DNA from: an uncultured delta proteobacterium
GTDB taxonomy: Bacteria > Myxococcota_A > UBA9160 > SMWR01
Assembly (NCBI GenBank): GCA_963832165.1
Contig: CAWHTE010000007.1
Coordinates: 736,001-800,000 of the forward strand
DNA: 64,000 nucleotides
Direction of reading: 5' to 3'
In this document: positions 9,842 to 20,429 of the stretch, in pieces
How the letters are laid out: every line of letters starts with the position of its first letter
Numbering within the stretch: the first letter of the stretch is position 1
The notes under the pieces: model-generated
What the model saw: the letters and a program-made list of their open reading frames with translations, nothing else
Told to the model about the DNA's origin: nothing
The model's database searches: none
Translations under genes and position numbers: made by a program

Positions 9842-10810
9842 ATGCGTCTGTCGTGCGGAATCGTCCCGGGCCCGAACGCCCCCGAGATCGCCGCGTTCGC
9901 GGAAGAGCTCGGCTACCACCGCGCCTGGTTCTACGATTCGCCCGCGCTCTACGGCGATGTGTGGATCGCGATCGCGCGCGCGCTCGACCGCACCGAGCGG
10001 ATCGGGGTCGGCACCGCCGTGCTCGTGCCGAGCCTGCGCCACGTGATGACGACGGCGGCCGCGATCGGATCGATCGAAGCGCAGGCGCCCGGCCGGCTCG
10101 CCGTGGCGATCGGCAGCGGCTTTACGGGCCGCGCGATGTTCGGCAAGCCCGCGATCCCCCTGAAGTCGCTGCGCGAATACGTCGTGGCGCTGCGCGCATT
10201 GTTGCGCGGCGAGGAGGCCGTGGTCGACGGCGCAGTCTGCAAGTTGATGAGCCCGCACGGCGTGATCGCGAAGCGCCCGCTCGAGGTGCCGTTGATCATC
10301 GCGGTGGGCGGACCGCGCGCGCTCGCGAACGCGAGCGACATCGCCGACGGCATCATGTGCGCGGGCGTGATCACGCCGGGCGTGCGCGACGCCTATCTAC
10401 TCTCGTTCGGCACCGTGCTGCGCGAGGGCGAGAACTACGAATCCCCGCGCGTGCTCGACGCGATCGGTCCCGCGATCGCCGTGATCTATCACGGCAGCTA
10501 TCAGGCCGGCGGTGCCGTGGCCGTCGATCAGCTGCCGGGTGGCGCCGCCTGGCGCGCGGAGATCGAGCGCTTCCCCGAGTCGGTGCGCCATCTCTACGTG
10601 CACGAGGGCCACATCTACGAGCTCACCGAGCGCGACCGGCGCCACATCCACCCCGCGCTCGGCGCGACCACTTTCACGGGCACGCCCGCGCAGCTGCGCG
10701 AGCGCGCCGCGGCGTACGAGGCGCAGGGGATCGCGGAAATCGTGTACGCGCCGATGGGCCCCGACGTGCCGGGCGAGCTGCGCGCGATGCGCGAGGCCCT
10801 GTCGGACTGA
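9842..10810 (+). CDS. LLM-class (luciferase-like) flavin-dependent oxidoreductase
   Basis: AEELGYHRAWFYDSP, TERIGVGTAV, APGRLAVAIGSG, GGPRAL..ASDIADG. Confidence 0.88.
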   Translation: MRLSCGIVPGPNAPEIAAFAEELGYHRAWFYDSPALYGDVWIAIARALDRTERIGVGTAVLVPSLRHVMTTAAAIGSIEAQAPGRLAVAIGSGFTGRAMFGKPAIPLKSLREYVVALRALLRGEEAVVDGAVCKLMSPHGVIAKRPLEVPLIIAVGGPRALANASDIADGIMCAGVITPGVRDAYLLSFGTVLREGENYESPRVLDAIGPAIAVIYHGSYQAGGAVAVDQLPGGAAWRAEIERFPESVRHLYVHEGHIYELTERDRRHIHPALGATTFTGTPAQLRERAAAYEAQGIAEIVYAPMGPDVPGELRAMREALSD

Positions 10811-10844
10811 CCGGGTATATTGGACAGAAATCGAGGAGAAGATC

Positions 10845-12299
10845 GTGGCGATTGCGGAGCACAGTGAGTTGTTCATCGGGGGAAAGTGGGTTCCCTCGGA
10901 CGCCAGCGGCCGGATCGACGTGCGTTCGGCTTCGACCGAGGAAGTGATCGGGCGCGTGCCCGACGCGACGAAGGCCGACATCGACCGCGCCGTCGCGGCC
11001 GCGCGCGAGGCGTTCGATAGCGGTCCGTTCCCGCGCATGGCGCCCGAGGAGCGCGCCGACGCGATCCGCCGCCTGTCGGAGGCGCTCAAGAAGCGCGGCC
11101 CCGCGATCGCAGAAGTGATCAGCAAGCAGAACGGCTGTCCGGCGCGCGAGTCGATCGGCACCCAGGTGTTCGCGGCGACGATGGTGCTCGACATCACCGC
11201 CGACATGGCGAAGAACTTCAACTGGGTCGAGGAACGCCCCGGTGCATTCGGCAGCCCCGTGCGCGTGGCACGGCTTCCCGTCGGCGTGTGCGCGGGCATC
11301 ATCCCGTGGAACGTGCCGTTGTTCATCATGGCGATGAAGCTCGGCCCCGCTCTCGCGGCCGGCTGCACCGTCGTGCTGAAGCCGTCGCCCGAGACGCCGC
11401 TCGATCCCTATCTGCTAGGCGAGGCGATCCTCGAGGCGGAGCTTCCGCCGGGCGTGATCAACATCGTCGCGGCCGGGCGCGAGACCAGCGAGTACCTCGT
11501 CTCGCATCCCGGGATCGACAAGGTGAGCTTCACGGGCAGCACGACCACGGGCCGGCGCGTCGCGGCGCTCGCGGGCGAAGGCCTGAAGCGCTGCACGCTC
11601 GAGCTCGGTGGCAAGTCCGCCGCGATCCTGCTCGACGACTTCGACCTCGAGGCGCACGCGGTGCCGCTGCTCGCGTCGGGTCTGCTCAACAACGGACAGG
11701 CGTGCGCCGCGCAGACGCGCATCCTCGCGCCGCGCGCGCGCTACAAGGAGATCGTCGATGCGCTCGGTGCCGTGATGGCCGCGAAGAAGGTCGGCGACGC
11801 GCTCGATCCCGCGACCGAGATCGGGCCGCTCGTCGCCGAGCGCCAGCGCGATCGCGTGCTGGGCTATCTCGAGGAAGGCAAGAAGGCGGGCGCGCGCGCG
11901 GTATGCGGCGGCGGCCGCCCGAAGGCGTTGCCGAAGGGCTGGTTCATCGAGCCGACGCTGTTCGCCGACGTCGACAACTCGATGGTGATCGCCCGTGAAG
12001 AGATCTTCGGCCCCGTGCTGTGCGTGATCCCGTACGACGGCGAAGAACAGGCGGTCGCGATCGCGAACGACTCGCCGTACGGGCTCTCGGGTTCGGTCTG
12101 GACCCGCGATCCCGAGCGCGGCGCCGCGGTCGCCGCGCAGCTGCGCACCGGCACCGTTCCGATCAATTCACCGATGCTGCTCGACTTCCGCTCGCCGTTC
12201 GGCGGGTTCAAGCAGTCCGGGATCGGGCGCGAGCTCGGGCCCGAGGGCATCGCACCGTACACCGAATACCGCTCGATCATTTTGCCGCCGCGCGCCTAG
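10845..12299 (+). CDS. NAD(P)+-dependent aldehyde dehydrogenase
   Basis: LFIGGKW, IIPWNVP, SFTGST, LELGGKS, NGQAC (catalytic Cys), EEIFGPV, PFGGFKQSG. GAGGAG RBS. Confidence 0.95.
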   Translation: MAIAEHSELFIGGKWVPSDASGRIDVRSASTEEVIGRVPDATKADIDRAVAAAREAFDSGPFPRMAPEERADAIRRLSEALKKRGPAIAEVISKQNGCPARESIGTQVFAATMVLDITADMAKNFNWVEERPGAFGSPVRVARLPVGVCAGIIPWNVPLFIMAMKLGPALAAGCTVVLKPSPETPLDPYLLGEAILEAELPPGVINIVAAGRETSEYLVSHPGIDKVSFTGSTTTGRRVAALAGEGLKRCTLELGGKSAAILLDDFDLEAHAVPLLASGLLNNGQACAAQTRILAPRARYKEIVDALGAVMAAKKVGDALDPATEIGPLVAERQRDRVLGYLEEGKKAGARAVCGGGRPKALPKGWFIEPTLFADVDNSMVIAREEIFGPVLCVIPYDGEEQAVAIANDSPYGLSGSVWTRDPERGAAVAAQLRTGTVPINSPMLLDFRSPFGGFKQSGIGRELGPEGIAPYTEYRSIILPPRA

Positions 12300-12323
12300 C
12301 GCACGGACGGCGGAGGACCCCCC

Positions 12324-13754
12324 ATGAAAGACCACCTCCAGTTCTACATCGACGGCCGCTGGGTCGACCCCTCCGGTGAGGCTCGACCGTTCGCAGTGAT
12401 CAACCCCGCTACCGAGGAGCCGATCGCGCGGATCGCCCTCGGTAGCGCGAAGGACGTCGACCTTGCGGTCGCTGCTGCGCGCCGCGCGTTCGAGACCTAC
12501 TCGCAGACCACGCGCGAGCAGCGCCTCGATCTGCTCAAGGCGATCTCCGCCGCCTATCAGGCGCGCTACCAGGAGATCGCCGAGACGATCTCGCTCGAGA
12601 TGGGCGCGCCGCTCTGGCTCTCGAAGGCGGCCCAGGCCGCGACGGGCCTCGGCCACTTCGCGCAGATGATCGCCGTCCTCGAGAAGTACCCATTCGAGGA
12701 GCAGCGCGGCACGACGCGGATCCGGCGCGAGCCGATCGGCGTGTGCGGCCTGATCACGCCCTGGAACTGGCCGATCAACCAGATCGCGTGCAAGGTGGCT
12801 CCCGCGCTCGCAGCGGGATGCACGATGGTGCTCAAGCCGACCGAGATCGCGCCGCTCAACGCGATCCTGTTCGCCGAGATCATGCACGCGGCCGGTGTCC
12901 CGGCGGGTGTGTTCAACCTCGTGAACGGCGACGGTCCGACCGTCGGACAGGCGATCGCCGAGCACCCGGGTATCGACATGGTGTCGTTCACGGGCTCCAC
13001 GCGTGCGGGCGTCGAGGTCGCGCGCGCGGCGGCACCCACCGTGAAGCGCGTCGCGCAGGAGCTCGGCGGCAAGTCCGCCAACATCATCCTCGACGACGCG
13101 GACTTCGCGGCGGCCGTCGGCGGCGGCACGATGGGCTGCGCAATGAACAGCGGCCAGTCGTGCAACGCGCCCACGCGCATGCTCGTGCCGCGCTCGCGCC
13201 ACGACGAGGCAGTGGCGATCGCGAAGGCGACCGCGGAGCAGATCACGGTGGGTGATCCGGCCGGGGCCAACACGCGGATCGGTCCCGTGGTGAGCGAGAC
13301 GCAATGGAACAAGATCCAGGGCCTGATCAAGAAGGGCATCGACGAGGGTGCGACGCTCGTGACCGGCGGCCCGGGCCGTCCCGACGGTCTCACGCGCGGC
13401 TACTACGTGCGACCGACGGTGTTCGCGAACGTGCGCAACGACATGTCGATCGCGCGCGAGGAGATCTTCGGGCCCGTGCTCTCGATCCTGCCCTACGAGG
13501 ACGAAGAGGACGCGATCCGGATCGCGAACGACACCCCGTACGGCCTCGCGGGCTACGTGTCGTCGAGCAACCTCGAGCGCGCGCGACGCGTCGCGTCGCG
13601 GCTGCGCGCCGGCCAGATCAGCATGAACGGCGCACCGCCCGACTTCAGCGCGCCGTTCGGCGGCTACAAGCAGTCGGGCAACGGCCGCGAGTGGGGCGAC
13701 TTCGGATTCGAGGAGTTCCTCGAGACGAAGGCCATGATCGGCTGGGGCGAGTAG
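12324..13754 (+). CDS. NAD(P)+-dependent aldehyde dehydrogenase (second paralogue)
   Basis: [46 protein letters not shown]. Confidence 0.95.
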   Translation: MKDHLQFYIDGRWVDPSGEARPFAVINPATEEPIARIALGSAKDVDLAVAAARRAFETYSQTTREQRLDLLKAISAAYQARYQEIAETISLEMGAPLWLSKAAQAATGLGHFAQMIAVLEKYPFEEQRGTTRIRREPIGVCGLITPWNWPINQIACKVAPALAAGCTMVLKPTEIAPLNAILFAEIMHAAGVPAGVFNLVNGDGPTVGQAIAEHPGIDMVSFTGSTRAGVEVARAAAPTVKRVAQELGGKSANIILDDADFAAAVGGGTMGCAMNSGQSCNAPTRMLVPRSRHDEAVAIAKATAEQITVGDPAGANTRIGPVVSETQWNKIQGLIKKGIDEGATLVTGGPGRPDGLTRGYYVRPTVFANVRNDMSIAREEIFGPVLSILPYEDEEDAIRIANDTPYGLAGYVSSSNLERARRVASRLRAGQISMNGAPPDFSAPFGGYKQSGNGREWGDFGFEEFLETKAMIGWGE

Positions 13755-13800
13755 TCCGCAGGTTCGTCGTTCGGTTCGAACGTCTATCATCGGCGGCGTC

Positions 13801-14469
13801 ATGCTGACGCCGTTCACGGAAGACGTGTGGACCGACACGAGGCGCCAGAAGTTCTTCGGCGTCGAGACGGGCACGCGCATGACGATCGTGCGCCTCTCGG
13901 ACGGCGGGCTCTTCGTGCATTCACCCGTGGCGCTCGAGGGCGACACGCGCGCCCGCATCGACGCGCTGGGCGAGGTGCGCGCCGTCGTCGCGCCGAGCGT
14001 CTTCCATCACCTGCAGGTCGGCCCCTGGATGGCCGCCTATCCGAAGGCGCTGTACTTCGCGTGCCCGGGGCTCGAGTGGAAGCGCCCCGACCTCGCGTTC
14101 ACGGGCGTGCTGGGCGATCAGCCGCATCCGTGGTGGTCGCGCGACATCGAGCAGGTCTACTTCTCGGCGCGCCGCGAGAACGAGGTCGTGTTCTGCTTCG
14201 CGCGGCGCAAGCTCCTGATCTGCGCGGACGCGCTCCTGAACCTGTCGACGCACGACCTGCGCGCCACGCGGTTCGTGGCGCGGTTGATGGGAAACAGTGC
14301 GCCCGGGGTGGGCTACCTCGAGCGCGTGATGATCCGCAACCGGCGGCTCGCGCGGCGGCAGGTCGATCGGATCCTCGCGTGGGATTTCGACAAGGCCATC
14401 GTGGCGCACGGCGATCCGGTCGAGCGCGACGCAAAAGCCGCCATGCGCGACGCATACGCGTGGCTCTGA
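13801..14469 (+). CDS. DUF4336 family protein (metallo-beta-lactamase-like fold)
   Basis: TRMTIVRLSDGGLFVHSPV, VAPSVFHHL, WDFDKAIVAHG. Confidence 0.78.
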   Translation: MLTPFTEDVWTDTRRQKFFGVETGTRMTIVRLSDGGLFVHSPVALEGDTRARIDALGEVRAVVAPSVFHHLQVGPWMAAYPKALYFACPGLEWKRPDLAFTGVLGDQPHPWWSRDIEQVYFSARRENEVVFCFARRKLLICADALLNLSTHDLRATRFVARLMGNSAPGVGYLERVMIRNRRLARRQVDRILAWDFDKAIVAHGDPVERDAKAAMRDAYAWL

Positions 14470-14470
14470 C

Positions 14471-15238
14471 TCAGGTCGAGGAGCGCCCGCGCGGAGGCGG
14501 CGCGAGTCTCCGGATCACGGACTCCGGTACGCGCGCCATGAACTCCTTGAGCACGTTCATCTGCCACGGGAACGTGTAGGTGCGCTTTCGTTCCTCGATT
14601 GCGCGCACCATGTACCGGACCGAGGTGGGCACGTCGATCAGGAACATCATGCCCTTCTGGCCCTCCGTGAGTGCCGTCTCGACGAAGCCGGGGCACAGCG
14701 TCATCGCGTGCACGCCGGTGCCGTGCAGGTCCATGCGCAAGCTGGACATGAAGCTCGTAACGCACGCCTTCGAGGCCGAGTAGGCGGCGCGGCCCGGCAG
14801 CGGGCGGTGTCCGGCCGACGAGCTGACCGCACACAGCACGCCGGATCCCTGCTTCACCATCGCCGGGATGAACGGGACGACCGTATTCGTCACGCCGATC
14901 ACGTTCACGCCCATGAGCCAGGCGATCTCGCGCGCTTCGCCTTCGAGCACGCGGTTGGCGATACCGACGCCCGCGTTCGCGAACACGAGGTCGACGCCGC
15001 CCGCGGCCGCGAGGAACGCCTCGGCGCTGCGCGCCATGAAGTCGGTGTCGGCGACGTCGCCCGCGTACACCTCGACGCGCGCGCCGCGCGCCGTCCACTC
15101 CTTCTCGCGCTCGCGCAGAATCGACTCGCGCCGCGCGACGAGCCCCAGATGCGCACCCGCGCGCGCGTAGTGATCCGCGAGCCCCTGTCCGAGTCCCGTT
15201 CCCGCGCCCGTGACGAACAGCCGCCGGATCTCACTCAT
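14471..15238 (-). CDS. Short-chain dehydrogenase/reductase
   Basis: TGAGTGLG, FANAGVG, YSASK, LCPGFVET. ATG 15238 follows a GGGAGG RBS. Confidence 0.9.
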   Translation of the reverse strand: MSEIRRLFVTGAGTGLGQGLADHYARAGAHLGLVARRESILREREKEWTARGARVEVYAGDVADTDFMARSAEAFLAAAGGVDLVFANAGVGIANRVLEGEAREIAWLMGVNVIGVTNTVVPFIPAMVKQGSGVLCAVSSSAGHRPLPGRAAYSASKACVTSFMSSLRMDLHGTGVHAMTLCPGFVETALTEGQKGMMFLIDVPTSVRYMVRAIEERKRTYTFPWQMNVLKEFMARVPESVIRRLAPPPRGRSST

Positions 15239-15437
15239 CGAAACCTCCCGGCGCGCGTGCAGCGCGTCCGCGGATCGTACTAGCCTCGATCGCTTCGATC
15301 CTTCAGGTGGCCGGTCCATCCGAAGTTGCCCCGAGCCGTGCAACGGCCCGTGGCCGGCTCCGCTCTACTTCTCGGCAGCAAGCCAACCGCCCCGGATCGG
15401 CGATTGTGCTGATAAATCGATGGTTTGTGAGCTCGAT

Positions 15438-15465
15438 TTGAGAATGAGCGAGGAGGTGCTATAAC
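15438..15465 (+). promoter_or_regulatory. Sigma70-type promoter for the tetR-RND operon
   Basis: TTGAGA (15438-43), 16-nt spacer, TATAAC (15460-65), with extended -10 TG at 15457-58. Confidence 0.6.
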
Positions 15466-15511
15466 AGTGATCAAGTAATTTACCGATGTTAATACTTCTG
15501 AACGTTGTTCT

Positions 15512-16165
15512 ATGAGCCTTCACATCGCCACGACCTCCAGCATCGAGAGCCGCCGCGCGCGCCAGCGCGAGGAGGCGCGCCGCACGATCCTCGACGCAAC
15601 CGAGTTGCTGTTGATCGAGTCGGGCGGCTTCGACTTCTCGATGCGAAGTCTCTCCAAGCGCTCGGGCTACTCCGCGCCCACCGTCTACCACTACTTCGGT
15701 GACAAGGACGGACTGATCGATGCGCTGCTCGAAGAGCGCATCGCGAGGCTCGCGGATGAGATCGAGCGCGTACCCGTGACGGGAGAGGCGCTCGTCGATC
15801 TGCGCGCCGTGCTGCGCGTGTTCGTCGGCTTCGGCGCCAAGCATCCCACGTTCGATCGCCTGATGTGGACCGTGTCGAGCAAGGGCGAGAGCCGCACGCC
15901 TCCCGCGATGGAGCGCCTCTCCGCGCGCGTGCGGCCGCCGCTCGAGACGCTCGCGGGATCGGGTCGGCTCGGCGACGTCGACGTCGACACGGCGGGCCAG
16001 ATGATCTGGGCGCTGCTGCACGGTCTCTCCGCGCTGCGCGTGAACGAGCCCGACCACCCCTGGTCACCGAATCTGGGCGAGCGCGCTCTCGACACGCTGC
16101 TCTCGGGCCTGACGCTCCCGCAATCCCAGGATACGCGCCCCAATTCCCACGAGGCACGGCGATGA
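15512..16165 (+). CDS. TetR/AcrR family regulator (WHG-type C-terminus)
   Basis: FSMRSLSKRSGYSAPTVYHYFGDKDGL and IWALLHGLSAL. Confidence 0.9.
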   Translation: MSLHIATTSSIESRRARQREEARRTILDATELLLIESGGFDFSMRSLSKRSGYSAPTVYHYFGDKDGLIDALLEERIARLADEIERVPVTGEALVDLRAVLRVFVGFGAKHPTFDRLMWTVSSKGESRTPPAMERLSARVRPPLETLAGSGRLGDVDVDTAGQMIWALLHGLSALRVNEPDHPWSPNLGERALDTLLSGLTLPQSQDTRPNSHEARR

Positions 16166-17277
16166 GTCGGATTCTGTTCGCGTTGGCGTTCGCGCTGCTG
16201 GCCGCGGGCTGTGGTGAAGATGTCGCGAAGGAGGCGGGTCATCTGCCGTCCGTGTCAGTGGCCGTGGTCGAGTCGGTCGATCTGCAGGAGGAGATCCGCG
16301 CGAGCGGTGATCTCCACGCGCGTCTGCACACGACGATCGCGGCCGAGATCGAGGGACGCATCACGGAGATCTCCGTCGACGAGGGCGGCAGCGTGAAGGC
16401 CGGTGCAGTGGTGATCGAGATCGATCCCGAGCGGCGACGGCTCGAGCTCGCCGCGAGCCGCGCGCAGCACTCGCAGGCGAAGGCCAACTACGAGAACGCG
16501 AGCCGCCAGACCGAACGGATCCGCAAGCTGCGCACCCAGAACGTGTTGTCGGACCAGAAGCTCGAGGACGCCGAGACGGCATTGACGCTCGCGCGCTCGC
16601 AGATGGACGCGCAGCGCGCGGCGCTCGGGGTGATCGAGCGCGCGCTCGCCGACGCGAGTGTCAGCGCGCCGTTCGAGGGGATGATCGCGCGGCGCGCGGT
16701 GCAGCTCGGCGAGTTCGTGCAGCCGGGCAAGCCGCTCGTGGAGCTCGTGGCGCTCGACCCGCTCGAGGTCGTGTTCGCGCTCACCGAGCTCGACTCCGAG
16801 CGCGTGCGCCCGGGCCAGAAGATCGAGGTGTCGGTCGGCGCATTCCCGGACCGCGTGTTCCACGGCGTGGTGACGTTCATCTCTCCCACCGTCGATCCGG
16901 CCACGCGCACGCTCCGGATCAAGGCCGAGATCGACAACGACGAGGGTCACCTGCGACCGGGTCTGTTCGCGCGCGTGAGCCTCGGCGTCTCCCCGCGCAG
17001 CGGCGTGGCGATGGTGCCCGAGGAAGCGCTGATCCAGCGCAGCGAGGGCGCGATGCTGTTCAGGATCGGCGCCGACAACCGCGTCAAGCGCGTCATGGTC
17101 ACTACGGGCGCTCACGACACCGGACGTGTCGAAGTGCGCGGCGACATCGCACCGGGTGACCGCGTGGTGCGGCGTGGCCACGGCGGGCTCGCCGACGGCG
17201 CCGAAGTGGCCGTGCGCGAAGCCGAGCCTCACGCAGTGGCGGCTCAGGCGGACGAGGACGAAGGCGCCGAGCTGTGA
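16162..17277 (+). CDS. RND efflux periplasmic adaptor (MFP), lipoprotein
   Basis: Lipobox LAAGC, barrel-sandwich IAAEIEGRI, SAPFEGMI, VDPATRT, LRPGLF. Confidence 0.92.
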   Translation: MSRILFALAFALLAAGCGEDVAKEAGHLPSVSVAVVESVDLQEEIRASGDLHARLHTTIAAEIEGRITEISVDEGGSVKAGAVVIEIDPERRRLELAASRAQHSQAKANYENASRQTERIRKLRTQNVLSDQKLEDAETALTLARSQMDAQRAALGVIERALADASVSAPFEGMIARRAVQLGEFVQPGKPLVELVALDPLEVVFALTELDSERVRPGQKIEVSVGAFPDRVFHGVVTFISPTVDPATRTLRIKAEIDNDEGHLRPGLFARVSLGVSPRSGVAMVPEEALIQRSEGAMLFRIGADNRVKRVMVTTGAHDTGRVEVRGDIAPGDRVVRRGHGGLADGAEVAVREAEPHAVAAQADEDEGAEL

Positions 17278-20200
17278 GTCTCTCGGACCTCTCGATCAAG
17301 CGCCCTGTCCTCACCTGGATGATGGCGCTCGCGCTCGCCACGTTCGGCGTGCTCGGCTTCGTGCGCCTCGGTGTCGACCGCTATCCCGACATGGAGTTCC
17401 CGTTCGTGGGCGTCCGGGTCGAGCTCGAGGGCGGGTCGCCTACCGCGATCGAGGACGAGATCATCGATCCGCTCGAGGAGGCCTTCGCGACGATCGAAGG
17501 CGTGCGCCACATCCATTCCCAGGCGGGCCAGGGGGAGGGGCGTGTAACGCTCGAGTTCGAGCTCGAGCACGACCTCGACACGGCTGCGCAGGACGTGCGC
17601 GACAAGCTCAACGTCACGATGCGACGTCTGCCGCGTGACATCGAGGCTCCCTCGCTGGGCAAGGCCGACTACTCGCAGTTCCCGATCATCATCGCGCCGA
17701 TCGCGTCGGACCTGTCCGCCATCGAGACCACCGAGTACGTCGAGGAGCACATCAAGCCCGCGCTCGAGAGCATCCCGGGCGCCGCGGGTGTGCAGGTGTG
17801 GGGTGGTCGCGATCGCAACCTCCGGATCTGGATCGACCCCGCCGCGCTGCGCGCACGCGGCCTCGCGGTGAGCGACGTGCTCGGCGCGCTGCGGCGCGAG
17901 CACGTCGACCGGCCGGGTGGCTTCATCGAGGGGCAGACCGTCGAATGGGCGGTCAAGACCGACGCCGAGTTCCGCTCGGTGGCCGAGCTCGAGAACATGA
18001 TCGTGTCGTGGGACGGCGAGGCGCCGATCCGGATGCGCGACGTGGCGCGGATCGAGGACGGCTCGGAGGATGTCCGCGACGCGAGCTACATGAACGGCAA
18101 GCGCGGTATCGCGCTCGGCCTCTCCAAGCAGTCGAAGGGCAACACCGTCGCGATCGTCGACGAGCTCTTCCGGCGCATGGACCCGATCCGCGAGGCCGCT
18201 CCCGATGGCATCCAGATCGCCAAGTCCGAGGGCTTCCTCGACAACTCGCAGGTGATCCGCGAGTCGTTCGAGGAGACGATGATTGCGCTGCTGTTCGGCG
18301 GCGTGCTGGCCGTCGCGGTGGTGTTCGTCTTCATCCAGCGCTTCCGGCCCACCATGATCGTCGCGGCCTCGATTCCGCTCTCGATCATGGCCACGTTCGG
18401 TTTCATCTGGGTGTTCGACTTCACGTTGAACACGATGACGCTCCTGGGTCTCACGCTCGCGATCGGCGTGGTGATCGACGACGCGATCATCGTGCTCGAG
18501 AACATCGAGCGGCACCGCGAAGGCGGAAAGAACGCGCTCGAGGCAGCGCGCTCGGGCACGCGCGAGATCACGCTCGCCGCGTGCGCGGCGACCTTCTCGG
18601 TGGCGGCCGTATTCGTGCCGGTCGCGTTCGCCCAGGGTCGCATGGGCGCGTTCCTGCGCGAGTTCGGCATCACGGTGGCGGTATCGGTGATGATCTCGCT
18701 GTTCGTGGCCCTCACGCTCACGCCCATGCTCGCTGCGCGCATGTCGCCTCCGAAGGAGCGCGCCCACGGCGGCATCTACCACCGCCTCGAGCAGTGGTTC
18801 AACGGACTCGAGACGGGATACCGCAAGCTGCTCGACTGGACGCTCGCGCACCGCGGCAAGACCGCCGCAATCGCCGTGGGGTCGATCGTGCTCGCGATCG
18901 CAGCCGGCAGGCAGCTTCCCGGCGAGTTCTTCCCGGTCTCCGATTCGGGGTTCATCCTGATCAGCTTCCGCGCACCGCCGGGCACCTCGCTGGAGGCGAC
19001 CGAGGCGATCCTCGCGCGGAACCAGCAATGGGCGCTCGAACAGCCCGAGACCGCCGCGGTGTTCGGGCGCGTCGGGCCGGATGCATGGCGCATGAGCGGC
19101 CCCAACGAGGGCATGATCAACGTGCGGCTCGTCCCGCTGGAGGAGCGCAGCCGCAGCGCCCAGGAGATCATGCGCGCGGCACGCGACGCGCTGTCGGAGA
19201 TCCCGGGTCAGGAAGTCTCGGTCGTCAACCCGATGGGCGCGAGCAACCGCGACTTCGAGGTCGAGATCGCGGGCAATGCGAGCCTCGAGGAGTTCGACCA
19301 GTACGCGACCGACCTGATCGATCGCCTGCGCGCGGGCGGCGGCATGGTCGACCTCGACAAGAGCCTGCGGCTCGGGCTGCCCGAGGTGCGCGTGGTGCCC
19401 GACCGCGAGAAGGCGGCCGCGCTGGGCATCGACGCCGCGACGGTGGCCGAGATCGTGCAGTCGATGATCGGCGGGCTCGACGTCGCCACGTTCCGCGACG
19501 GCGAGCAGCGGCACGACATCCGGCTGCGCATGGAGCGCCAGAACCGCGACTCGCTCGACGCGATCGGCGATCTCTGGGTGCGCGCGCGCAACGGAGAGCT
19601 CATCGACCTGCGCAACGTCGTGCAGATCGAGAAGGGTGCCACGGCTGCCTCGATCACGCGCACCGACCGCCAGCGCAGCGTGAAGGTGATGGCGAACCTC
19701 GACGGCATCAGCCTCGACGAGGCGATCTCGCGCGCGCAGGCGATCGCAGACGAGATCCTGCCGCCGCACCTCTCGCTGCGCCTGACCGGCGACGCCGAGT
19801 CCATGAAGGAGGCAAGCAGCCAGTTCGCGCTGATGCTCGTGCTCGCGGTGCTCGTGATCTACATGGTGCTCGCAGCCCAGTTCGAGAGCTTCGTGCAGCC
19901 GCTGATCGTGATGATTGCGCTGCCGTTCTCGATGGTCGGCGCGCTGGGCGGCCTCTGGCTCGGAGGCATGACACTCAATCTCTTCAGCATGATCGGAATC
20001 GTGCTCTTGATCGGGCTCGTCACGAAGAACTCGATCTTGCTGATCGACTACGCCAATCAGCTGCGCGCGGAAGGGCAATCGGCCGTCGATGCGATCCGTC
20101 ACGCCGCGCCGATCCGGATGCGGCCCGTGGTGATGACCGCGCTCGCGATGATCTTCGGCGTGCTGCCGGCCGCGTTCGGCATCGGGCCCGGTGCCGAGAC

Positions 20201-20411
20201 ACGTGCGCCGATGGCCGTGGCCACCGCGGCGGGCATGTTCAGCTCTACGCTGCTGACGCTTCTCGTGGTGCCGGTGTTCTACCTCGCGGTCGAGCGCGCC
20301 AAGGAGCTCCTGGCCTCGCCGCGCGAGGCGCTCGCACAGGCGCGCAACGCCGCTCGCGGCCTCCGCCCGCTCGCCGACCGCGCGCTCTCGGCTCTCGCTT
20401 CCCGGCGCTGA
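17274..20411 (+). CDS. RND efflux transporter permease (AcrB/MdtB-like)
   Basis: 1045 aa. SIKRPV start, proton-relay VIDDAIIVLENI, LVTKNSILL, RMRPVVMT. Confidence 0.95.
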   Translation: MSLSDLSIKRPVLTWMMALALATFGVLGFVRLGVDRYPDMEFPFVGVRVELEGGSPTAIEDEIIDPLEEAFATIEGVRHIHSQAGQGEGRVTLEFELEHDLDTAAQDVRDKLNVTMRRLPRDIEAPSLGKADYSQFPIIIAPIASDLSAIETTEYVEEHIKPALESIPGAAGVQVWGGRDRNLRIWIDPAALRARGLAVSDVLGALRREHVDRPGGFIEGQTVEWAVKTDAEFRSVAELENMIVSWDGEAPIRMRDVARIEDGSEDVRDASYMNGKRGIALGLSKQSKGNTVAIVDELFRRMDPIREAAPDGIQIAKSEGFLDNSQVIRESFEETMIALLFGGVLAVAVVFVFIQRFRPTMIVAASIPLSIMATFGFIWVFDFTLNTMTLLGLTLAIGVVIDDAIIVLENIERHREGGKNALEAARSGTREITLAACAATFSVAAVFVPVAFAQGRMGAFLREFGITVAVSVMISLFVALTLTPMLAARMSPPKERAHGGIYHRLEQWFNGLETGYRKLLDWTLAHRGKTAAIAVGSIVLAIAAGRQLPGEFFPVSDSGFILISFRAPPGTSLEATEAILARNQQWALEQPETAAVFGRVGPDAWRMSGPNEGMINVRLVPLEERSRSAQEIMRAARDALSEIPGQEVSVVNPMGASNRDFEVEIAGNASLEEFDQYATDLIDRLRAGGGMVDLDKSLRLGLPEVRVVPDREKAAALGIDAATVAEIVQSMIGGLDVATFRDGEQRHDIRLRMERQNRDSLDAIGDLWVRARNGELIDLRNVVQIEKGATAASITRTDRQRSVKVMANLDGISLDEAISRAQAIADEILPPHLSLRLTGDAESMKEASSQFALMLVLAVLVIYMVLAAQFESFVQPLIVMIALPFSMVGALGGLWLGGMTLNLFSMIGIVLLIGLVTKNSILLIDYANQLRAEGQSAVDAIRHAAPIRMRPVVMTALAMIFGVLPAAFGIGPGAETRAPMAVATAAGMFSSTLLTLLVVPVFYLAVERAKELLASPREALAQARNAARGLRPLADRALSALASRR

Positions 20412-20429
20412 AAGCGGTACTCCTCATGC

